Positions 25,104 through 32,000 of a stretch of 32,000 nucleotides of DNA are shown here, piece after piece. Source of the DNA: Candidatus Saccharimonadota bacterium. Lineage in GTDB: Bacteria; Patescibacteriota; Saccharimonadia; Saccharimonadales; Saccharimonadaceae. The translations under genes were made by a program, and so were the position numbers. Positions within the stretch are counted from its first letter, which is position 1; the number at the start of each line of letters is the position of its first letter. The notes under the pieces were generated by a model. It saw only the letters and a program-made list of their open reading frames with translations, did not search any database and had not been told where the DNA came from. The DNA is taken from positions 60,001 through 92,000 of the forward strand of contig DIRZ01000003.1 in assembly GCA_002421785.1 (NCBI GenBank), given 5' to 3'.

Positions 25104-25234
25104 GAAAATTAATTCCTTTCACTTGAATTTTGTATCACTCTCACAGACGTGTAGTAACGGCGAGATTGATTCTGGTGCCCACAAAGCGTGTGACGGTAGA
25201 GCCGGCTCGGCATTCTATCGAATGTAATAGTTCA

Positions 25235-25263
25235 ATTATAGCACAACCGACAACAAAATGCAA
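25235..25263 (-). promoter_or_regulatory. sigma70 promoter for the DEAD-box helicase
   Basis: On the minus strand: TTGCAT (25258-25263), 17 nt, then the extended -10 TGCTATAAT (25235-25243). The leader is about 125 nt. Confidence 0.65.
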
Positions 25264-25356
25264 CCTATTCAGTCATGTCACGTGTAACCGACAATATCCA
25301 TGCATACGCTAAGAGCTGTCCAATCAGCTCAACGACAAGGAGCGTCGTAAAGTGAG

Positions 25357-25806
25357 TCAGATTAAATACACCATGAGAAGCATCGTAGTGCCGACTGCTG
25401 CGTAGCCGATACGGTAGGTTCGCGCGTGAAAGCCGGAGTGAACGCGGCGAAGCGTAAGGATGAGGCCGCTGAGGACAAAAAACTGTCCATAGCCAAAGAT
25501 ATTATGAATAACGGGAAACGTATCGAAAGGGAATGCCCCAACACCCACCAAGCATATGGCAACCACCACCAACGCCGCTTGTAGCTGCCGTGCGCCGCTA
25601 CTGCTGTGTCGGCGACGCATTTCGTCAGCTATGCGCGTGGCCAGCAATATCAGCACCATGGCGGCGAGTATCATCGTCCCATTGAATATAAACGACGCAG
25701 TGCTGTTGCCTTCGCCGAGCCTGCTAAGGTGCCAGTTTGCCCACTTCGTGTCCTGCGTGAGAAGCATACTGAGTGCAAAGCCAGTTGTAATAATACCCAG
25801 GAGCAC
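25357..25806 (-). CDS. hypothetical 4-TM membrane protein
   Basis: 149 aa with a GTG start and an in-frame stop 14 codons upstream. It lies 56 nt downstream of the Nudix gene and may be the last gene of that operon. Confidence 0.5.
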   Translation of the reverse strand: MLLGIITTGFALSMLLTQDTKWANWHLSRLGEGNSTASFIFNGTMILAAMVLILLATRIADEMRRRHSSSGARQLQAALVVVAICLVGVGAFPFDTFPVIHNIFGYGQFFVLSGLILTLRRVHSGFHARTYRIGYAAVGTTMLLMVYLI

Positions 25807-25862
25807 CCATGCAAAGGAGTAACTTGTGGGTTTGGGATGGAATACTCTTCAGAGAAAATGCA

Positions 25863-26384
25863 TCATACTGAATCTGCTGCACGCAGTATAGCGATGTCGC
25901 GGGCTTTCATCATCGCGAGGCCGGTCGCGCTACCATCTTCGTCTAGAGTGTCACTACTTTCAATCCATTCAATTGCCTGCTCGATTGTTTCCGCCCAACA
26001 GAGCTCCATACCCTCGGACTGTTCTTTTTCGGTTAGTTCAGTGCCCACAAAATCGCCCGCTAGCGCCGTGTAGCAGTACGAAATTTGGTGCATGCCGCAG
26101 TAGTAACGGTTTTCGGTCACTGTGCCAAGTTCGGCTACGTCCGTGATAGTGTAGCCGGTTTCTTCGCGAAGCTCGCGATGAAGCGCCGCGAGAATGTCTT
26201 CGTCCTCGTCTATTCCGCCACCAGGCAGTTTGTACGAACCTGTTACAGTGAAGTGCATAACAGCAATCTGATCACGATCATTACGCATCACGGCACGTGC
26301 GGCTTGCCGTGTGTAATTAACTGATGTGTCAGTGGTCTCGTGAAGCCCTATATCGTGCTGATCGAGGTCGAGAATAAGATTCAT
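25863..26384 (-). CDS. Nudix hydrolase
   Basis: 173 aa from the ATG at 26384. The Nudix box is GGGIDEDEDILAALHRELREETGY (GX5EX7REUXEEXGU). Confidence 0.85.
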   Translation of the reverse strand: MNLILDLDQHDIGLHETTDTSVNYTRQAARAVMRNDRDQIAVMHFTVTGSYKLPGGGIDEDEDILAALHRELREETGYTITDVAELGTVTENRYYCGMHQISYCYTALAGDFVGTELTEKEQSEGMELCWAETIEQAIEWIESSDTLDEDGSATGLAMMKARDIAILRAADSV

Positions 26385-26406
26385 TTTACTAATATAACAT
26401 AGACTA

Positions 26407-27078
26407 TTAGAGGGCTTTATCCCTCTTCTGAAAAAATGCTCGAAATACCGCACGGCTCCCCGTGTTTTCTTGTTTTACTTCCTCGCCCTGATCGCTGGCC
26501 AGCTCAAAATCGACCGCATCCATCATCGATACAAATGTTTCGCGTGGGAGGAGTGTTTGGGGTAGTCCTTCTTGGGTAAGAACTGAGTAGCCATCCGGCG
26601 AAGTTACTGTGTACGTATCATCCCAAGCTTTATTGGTGAATATGTTGAGTAGAACAAACCCCGAAGGCTTTGTTACTCGAGCTAACTCTTCGAGTGCTCG
26701 TACGTATTCTTCTATGGTGTTCGCTTGGTGCAGGACACCAGTCGTAACAACAATATCGAATACCTCATTATCGGCGGGAATGGCGAGGATGGAACCTTCG
26801 TGAATATCGGCAACCAGCCCGAGTGAATCCAGACGCGCATGCGTGGCGACTAGCATGCCAGGGTTAACGTCGACACTCGTTACCAGATGGCCAAGACTGG
26901 CGAGTAATTCCGAATGACGCCCGCCCCCACACCCTAAATCGAGTACACGGGCATGAGGATGAGTCTCCGTAAAATGTTCCATAAACGCTACGATTCGAGG
27001 ATCGGCTGGTTTACTTTCAAAATATCGTGTGATGTCAGGTGAATTCCAAAATTGACGCTCCGACCGTGTGATAGCCAT
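26407..27078 (-). CDS. class I SAM-dependent methyltransferase
   Basis: 223 aa from the ATG at 27078, 1 nt after the upstream stop. Motif I is VLDLGCGGGRHS; post-I is VTSVDVNP. An alternative ATG at 27102 exists. Confidence 0.8.
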   Translation of the reverse strand: MAITRSERQFWNSPDITRYFESKPADPRIVAFMEHFTETHPHARVLDLGCGGGRHSELLASLGHLVTSVDVNPGMLVATHARLDSLGLVADIHEGSILAIPADNEVFDIVVTTGVLHQANTIEEYVRALEELARVTKPSGFVLLNIFTNKAWDDTYTVTSPDGYSVLTQEGLPQTLLPRETFVSMMDAVDFELASDQGEEVKQENTGSRAVFRAFFQKRDKAL

Positions 27079-27079
27079 A

Positions 27080-28177
27080 TTATTGCTTACCTTTCTTGCC
27101 AACGGATTCTACGAGATATGTTTCCGAGAACAAAGACACATGGTAGGTGTTCATGTCTAGCTCAGCAAATTTTTTTGAAATGCGCTCAGGTTCAGAAGTG
27201 ACCGCGAAGAATCCTGGGCCCACAGATGAAAGCGAGATCATAGCAACTGCCTCGTCGTCGGCAAATGGACGTAGCTGTTCGGCAATATCATTAATTCTAG
27301 GTAACACGAACGAGCAGTTCTTGATACTGCCCATATTCCAGCGGTAATCAAAAATTAGCCTCTTACAGCTATCAAACTTGCCCAGTTGCAGGTCGGGTAA
27401 CACTTGATGCACTAGGTGGTAAGCGATGTCCTTGCCATAGTGTTCGCCGGTTGAAATGAATCCATCCATGTTGTCTTCTTCAAGCTGCATTAGTGTGCGG
27501 GAATCTGGATGCTGGAAGTCTATCGGTATACCAATGACAACTGAGTAGCGTTCCGGAAAGGCAGAGCGCATAATCGGCGTGGCTTCGCCAGCCAACACAA
27601 TAAGGCTGCCGCTGTAGTTTCCGCAAACTGCAGAACCACCGATACATTGTACTGCTACGAGTGTATCATCGCTGCCATCAAGCTCCTCCCCATGGTTCTG
27701 AGCACAGTACAAACATAACGCATGCGGATCAATAGGGCGCCCGTACAGCTCATTGATAGCTGATGCGACGGCTGCTATGGTGCCGCTGCTAGAGCCAAGT
27801 CCGCAGTGACGCAGGCTAAGTTCGTCCTCTACATCAATTTGCAAGGTATCACGAATGCCGAGGGTTTGCCGCATCAGAAGAGCTGCGTGTAGCACCAACG
27901 ACCTACGGCCGGTTCGTTCGCTTATCTCGATCTCTCGTCCCGTGAATGGTACGATACGTACACTAACTCTCTTGAAGAGAGCGACACAGACATCAATTTG
28001 ACCTGCGGTGTACACAAGTGAGTCGTTAGTTGCGATTTTAGCGGGATCGAGCGCCATTGCTTCGAGTCTCGCAGGATATTTAATACATATCGACTCCCCC
28101 TGTTTCACGGCGTTTCGGTTGATTGTACAGGTATTCGTAATAGTACCAGCCGGAAATGTTGCAACGATTTTAGGCAT
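27080..28177 (-). CDS. GHMP-kinase-fold protein, tentatively beta-RFAP synthase / C-glycoside synthase-like
   Basis: 365 aa from the ATG at 28177, with SD AAGGGAGAG and an 8-nt overlap with the upstream gene. The central motif HCGLGSSSGTIAAVASAINELYG is GHMP motif II-like. The N-terminal YPARLEAMALDP resembles the (T/S)PSR(L/I)HxxLxD motif I recall for beta-RFAP synthases. Confidence 0.5.
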   Translation of the reverse strand: MPKIVATFPAGTITNTCTINRNAVKQGESICIKYPARLEAMALDPAKIATNDSLVYTAGQIDVCVALFKRVSVRIVPFTGREIEISERTGRRSLVLHAALLMRQTLGIRDTLQIDVEDELSLRHCGLGSSSGTIAAVASAINELYGRPIDPHALCLYCAQNHGEELDGSDDTLVAVQCIGGSAVCGNYSGSLIVLAGEATPIMRSAFPERYSVVIGIPIDFQHPDSRTLMQLEEDNMDGFISTGEHYGKDIAYHLVHQVLPDLQLGKFDSCKRLIFDYRWNMGSIKNCSFVLPRINDIAEQLRPFADDEAVAMISLSSVGPGFFAVTSEPERISKKFAELDMNTYHVSLFSETYLVESVGKKGKQ

Positions 28178-29177
28178 GCTGCTCTCCCTTGGCGTCTTGT
28201 AGTCGGCGTAGGTTCTCCTGGGTCTTGTCGATGAGCACGTCAAGAATATCCGGCGTGTAGGTGCCGCTCCCTACGCTGTCGTCGCCCCGTAACTTGAAAT
28301 TATCTTGGGCGATTCGTCGGTGTGGGAAACGAAATTTCTTGAGCTTTTGGAATATAGCTATCGCAGCATCTTGACCCGCACTATCATTACCCTCAATAAG
28401 TAAATCAACGACGCTCCGACCATTTTGCCGATCAGTGCATTGCTGTATCCATGCGCGCTGGTCAGGGCTTAAATAGCGAACATTGTCGGCGTAGTAATCC
28501 ATATATACCTTGTCTGCACTGCCTACTCCCCACAGCACATAATCTGTTGCGATTAGCTGTAGTTGCGCACCACCCGCACCCGCATAGGAGGTTCCCCCTA
28601 TTTCCACGGCATCAAAATATGGCCGCAACTCATTGGTAAAGTATGTCGCAGTTACGCCACGACGTACTGCAATAATTGACTCAATGAGAGTATCGAGACT
28701 CTTATCAATAGCAGCGAGTCCTGTTTGAATGTCATTTTCCGCGAACACTCGCATGGCATGTTCGGCATCAGCAGAGCTTGTTCGAACAGAGTCAATAAAC
28801 AGCGCTTCCGCATCGCTACCCGTAAATGAGCGTTGACGCTCATCGCTTGGGTTAACATGGGCATATGTAGTGACTGTTCCTCGTGGAACTGTGTTCGCGA
28901 TTCTCCCCAGGGCCATAAGTATGCGCTCGAAGCCATTAACTGATTCAATATAATTCTCCCCGTGACGTATCCCGGAGCTCAATATGAAATCCGAATCGCG
29001 CAGAGAGGCTAATGCATCTGCTGCTGAGAACTCGCTAGGTACCGTGTCTGTAGCGATTCCGTTTGCAATATTGCGAAGTGTGCCGACATCTGCGCGCTCA
29101 TTTATTAGCGGAAGCTCACGCAGTCGTTCGTCAAGACCAAGTGGGTCTAGCTTACGAACAGATTCATAGTCCATCAT
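28170..29177 (-). CDS. PrnB (monodechloroaminopyrrolnitrin synthase)-like / TDO-superfamily heme protein, tentative
   Basis: 335 aa. Segments NPSDERQRSFTGSDAEALFIDSVR, ELRPYFDAVEIGGTSYAGAGGAQLQLIATDYVLWG and FRFPHRRIA...VGSGTYTPDIL resemble what I recall of PrnB and the TDO proximal-His motif (WRxxH...GTGGSSG). Confidence 0.45.
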   Translation of the reverse strand: MMDYESVRKLDPLGLDERLRELPLINERADVGTLRNIANGIATDTVPSEFSAADALASLRDSDFILSSGIRHGENYIESVNGFERILMALGRIANTVPRGTVTTYAHVNPSDERQRSFTGSDAEALFIDSVRTSSADAEHAMRVFAENDIQTGLAAIDKSLDTLIESIIAVRRGVTATYFTNELRPYFDAVEIGGTSYAGAGGAQLQLIATDYVLWGVGSADKVYMDYYADNVRYLSPDQRAWIQQCTDRQNGRSVVDLLIEGNDSAGQDAAIAIFQKLKKFRFPHRRIAQDNFKLRGDDSVGSGTYTPDILDVLIDKTQENLRRLQDAKGEQHA

Positions 29178-29219
29178 ATGTTGGGGCCTCTCTCCACTGC
29201 GTGGATCTGTTTTTTATTA

Positions 29220-29270
29220 TTTATACAGTAGAAGCACTTGTTTGTCAATCGATAAAAAATATGTTATATA
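29220..29270. promoter_or_regulatory. back-to-back divergent promoters sharing one -35 region
   Basis: Plus strand: TTGTCA (29242-29247), 17 nt, TATATA (29265-29270). Minus strand: TTGACA (29243-29248), 17 nt, TATAAA (29220-29225). The two -35 hexamers overlap by 5 nt. Confidence 0.6.
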
Positions 29271-29302
29271 TAGCTTAATATAAACGCACATAAGGAGTAG
29301 GT

Positions 29303-29926
29303 ATGATATTTGTAACCGGTTACCATGCTTCCGGTAAATCATTCCTCGCACGCAAGCTCGCATCAGATTTTAATTTATTTCATGTCGAAACAAGCGCAAT
29401 CGTACAAGCAGCTCATGCAATTGATGCTCCTGAGCGAAGTCTTGGCGATTGGGCTCGCGATATGGAGCATCGTTTCGGGGAGGAATTCTTTGATGACATG
29501 ATCGTCGATGCCGCTGCGCAGGAGTACGTTTGCGAGCTTGCCAGCGGCAGGCAATACAATGATATCATTATTACAGGAAATCGTTCTCTTCGTGGTATAC
29601 GATATGCGGCGTCTGGTTTGTCTGAAAAAATTCCGTTTCTAAAACCCGAGGCACATATTCTATATATTGATGCTGACGAGTCTGTTGCGTACGAGCGGTT
29701 CAAATCTCGAAATCGGCATGAGGGTGATGCGACCATGTCTCTCGAGGACTATCGTGAAATAACTCTCGACGAAGACCAGCGGGGCCTCACTGAGATTCGA
29801 GATAGTGCTGACTATTGCATTACAAATAACGGGACACTCGAGGATCTCGTATACCGAGCCAGTGAAATGCTGGGCGAGAGCGCCGTCCTTGCACGTGAGA
29901 CATATCGCGACTATCGTCATGTATAA
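29303..29926 (+). CDS. P-loop NTPase, nucleotide/nucleoside kinase-like
   Basis: 207 aa with a strong SD (AAGGAG). The Walker A motif is GYHASGKS, at the extreme N-terminus as in small-molecule kinases. ITGNRSLRGI follows. Specificity is unknown. Confidence 0.55.
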   Translation: MIFVTGYHASGKSFLARKLASDFNLFHVETSAIVQAAHAIDAPERSLGDWARDMEHRFGEEFFDDMIVDAAAQEYVCELASGRQYNDIIITGNRSLRGIRYAASGLSEKIPFLKPEAHILYIDADESVAYERFKSRNRHEGDATMSLEDYREITLDEDQRGLTEIRDSADYCITNNGTLEDLVYRASEMLGESAVLARETYRDYRHV

Positions 29927-29956
29927 TAACCATCAGTAGACTAATGGGAGGACCTA

Positions 29957-30517
29957 ATGAGTATTGCGTACGTTACCGGTAATCAATCGAAGTTTCAAAA
30001 CGCTACTGCATTTTTGCAGACAGTAGGCGTTACCATTCATCAAGCTAGTGTGTCTGTCGATGAAATACAGGCAGGCACCGGCATAGAGGTAGCCATACGA
30101 AAAGCACACGACGCTTATAATCAGCTTCAGGAGCCGTTGTTTATCAATGATGCTGAGTGGGCAATTCCTGCGCTTGGCGGCTTCCCGGGGCCATACATGA
30201 AATATATAGTCGGCTGGTTGACGCAGCAGGATCTACTGAAACTCATGGAGGAGAAGTCGGACCGTAGCCTAATACTTCGCGATACCGTCGTATATTACGA
30301 TGGCTCCGTAGAAAAGGTCTTTACCCACGAAGTTCATGGTAAAATTCTTACATCACCTCAGGGCGAGCCCCGTGGACCATTTGTCACGCAGATATTTAGT
30401 CTACGCCAGGATGGTAAGAGTATTGCAGAGGACACAACTATAGGGTTTAGTGAGGATGAGGCAATACTCTGGGCGGAGTTCGCAACATGGCTAAAAACGC
30501 ATATCCCCCAGGCCTGA
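29957..30517 (+). CDS. Ham1/RdgB-family non-canonical purine NTP pyrophosphatase (ITPase-like)
   Basis: 186 aa with SD GGGAGG. Family motifs: VTGNQSKF (TGNxxK), VDEIQ and INDAEWAIPALGGFPGPYMKY. Confidence 0.75.
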   Translation: MSIAYVTGNQSKFQNATAFLQTVGVTIHQASVSVDEIQAGTGIEVAIRKAHDAYNQLQEPLFINDAEWAIPALGGFPGPYMKYIVGWLTQQDLLKLMEEKSDRSLILRDTVVYYDGSVEKVFTHEVHGKILTSPQGEPRGPFVTQIFSLRQDGKSIAEDTTIGFSEDEAILWAEFATWLKTHIPQA

Positions 30518-30589
30518 GACCCTAACTTCTAAGTATGTAGTGTGGCCGACAATTTTGTGTCGACTAGCTATTTCGGTTATGATATAATC

Positions 30590-32000
30590 ATGCGCCTACC
30601 TAACAACCCGACCATCTATGAAATACACACTGCCGCGTACCTAAACGAACTCGCCGTCCGCGACAAAACGAACATTTATCTGGACACAATCCCCGATGAT
30701 GAGCTGAATCGACTCATGACTCTCGGCATTGATGCCGTTTGGTTGATGGGCGTTTGGCAACGGAGTGCTGCGGCTGTGGCTGTGGATATGGCAAATGAGG
30801 GGCTGCAGGCAGAGTTTCGCGCAGTCCTGCCAGATTTTACTCCAGAAGATGTCATCGGTTCTGCCTATGCCGTGCAGGATTATACTGTTGATGCTCGGTT
30901 TGGGGGCGACGATGCATTAGCGCGACTACGTGAGCGACTTTCTCATCGCGGAATTGGCCTGATTCTCGATTTTGTACCCAACCATACCGCCCCAGATCAT
31001 GTGTGGACACGTGAACATGTAGACTACTACATTCATAGCGACAGCAATGCCGCTCTGCGTGAGCCGGATGCCTATGCTGCTGTTGGTGATCACAGTATTG
31101 CCATGGGGCGCGATCCTAACTCAGCCCCCTGGCCAGACGTGTTACAGATGAATGCGTTTTCACCAGGCTACCGCAAAGCAACGGTAGATACTTTAGGGCG
31201 TATTGCATCGATGAGCGACGGCGTTCGCTGCGACATGGCCATGTTGATGCTAGATGATGTCGTACAGCGCACGTGGGGACAGCTCGCAGGTGAGCCGCTC
31301 GCAACCACCTATTGGCAGGACGCCACGCATGCTGTGCGCGAGCAGCACCCTGACTTTACCTTCATCGCCGAATGTTACTGGGACACTGAGCGTACGCTGA
31401 TTGAGCAGGGCTTCGACTACTGTTACGACAAGACACTCTACGACTACCTTGTTGCGAATGATCCGGCCGGTGCGTGCGACTACCTCGCGCGAACGGCTGA
31501 CATCCAGTCGCACATGCTTCATTTCGTCGAAAATCACGATGAGCCTCGAGCAGCAGCTAGGCTCCCCCTTGACCAATCGATGGCGGCTGGCGCAATAACA
31601 GCAACATTGCCTGGGGCAAGCTTGCTCCATCATGGGCAAGTAGAGGGTAAACAGATAAAAATACCCGTACAGCTGGGGCGTGGGGCCCATGAACTGCCCT
31701 GTTCGGCTACTCGGGATTTCTACGGTAAGTTATATGCTTGGCTCAAGGAGTCAAATATTCGAGATGGAACCTGGTCACCACGCGCAACCCAAGATTCGGC
31801 AATCATTACCTACGAGCTGCAGCACGAGCATACCGTCGCCATGCTGCTGGTTAATTATTCGGAGACGCGCACCACCATTGATCTTCCCATTCCCATAGCT
31901 AACTATAGTGATGTGCTAGCGGACAACGACGGCGCGCCCATCATAGTTCAAGCGGCCGCCGACAAGCAGCTTCAGCTCGGGCCATGGCAAACGCGGCTGC
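30590..32000 (+). CDS. GH13 alpha-amylase-family glycoside hydrolase, C-terminus beyond the right edge
   Basis: My translation is open from the ATG at 30590 to the window end (470 codons). GH13 regions: LILDFVPNH (I), GVRCDMA (II), FIAECYW (III), FVENHDE (IV). TATGAT (30578-30583) lies 6 nt upstream of the ATG and there is no SD. Confidence 0.85.
   Translation, partial: MRLPNNPTIYEIHTAAYLNELAVRDKTNIYLDTIPDDELNRLMTLGIDAVWLMGVWQRSAAAVAVDMANEGLQAEFRAVLPDFTPEDVIGSAYAVQDYTVDARFGGDDALARLRERLSHRGIGLILDFVPNHTAPDHVWTREHVDYYIHSDSNAALREPDAYAAVGDHSIAMGRDPNSAPWPDVLQMNAFSPGYRKATVDTLGRIASMSDGVRCDMAMLMLDDVVQRTWGQLAGEPLATTYWQDATHAVREQHPDFTFIAECYWDTERTLIEQGFDYCYDKTLYDYLVANDPAGACDYLARTADIQSHMLHFVENHDEPRAAARLPLDQSMAAGAITATLPGASLLHHGQVEGKQIKIPVQLGRGAHELPCSATRDFYGKLYAWLKESNIRDGTWSPRATQDSAIITYELQHEHTVAMLLVNYSETRTTIDLPIPIANYSDVLADNDGAPIIVQAAADKQLQLGPWQTRL

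Noticed and set aside
31250-31690. 146-aa minus-strand ORF inside the GH13 gene
   Set aside because: The plus-strand frame carries all four GH13 conserved regions and stays open for 470 codons, so the antisense ORF is a shadow.
1-32000. Search by eye for tRNA, rRNA, CRISPR repeats, transposase or integrase genes, and long direct or terminal inverted repeats around the inserted islets
   Set aside because: I found none. Intergenic regions are short and are accounted for by promoters, leaders and hairpin terminators. The islets cannot be called mobile elements on this evidence.

Overview
About 18 kb of this window (4830-23107, minus strand) is a ribosomal-protein super-operon in the order tuf, rpsJ, rplC-rplD-rplW-rplB-rpsS-rplV-rpsC-rplP-rpmC-rpsQ-rplN-rplX-rplE-rpsN-rpsH-rplF-rplR-rpsE-rplO, secY, infA-rpmJ-rpsM-rpsK-rpsD-rpoA-rplQ-rplM-rpsI. 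L30, adk and map are absent from their usual positions. Together with the compact gene packing, this suggests a reduced-genome bacterium, possibly CPR/Saccharibacteria-like; that taxonomic guess is inference only. The operon is not continuous. Near-consensus sigma70 promoters and hairpin terminators split it into separate units. Small orphan genes sit at five normally conserved junctions, and three of them lie in GC-rich islets. The left flank carries trpS (partial), an AstE/AspA-family hydrolase, an alpha/beta hydrolase, an isolated pyrB and a DagK-like lipid kinase. The right flank carries a DEAD-box helicase and a partial GH13 glycosidase. The most interesting locus is a divergent six-gene cluster at 25863-30517. 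It encodes a PrnB/TDO-like protein, a GHMP-fold protein resembling beta-RFAP synthase, a SAM methyltransferase and a Nudix hydrolase on one strand, and a P-loop kinase-like protein and a Ham1/ITPase on the other. I read it as a candidate pathway for an aromatic (Trp-derived?) ribonucleotide analogue. I found no rRNA, tRNA, CRISPR array, transposase or integrase. All family assignments come from motifs read by eye and recalled family signatures, not from database searches.
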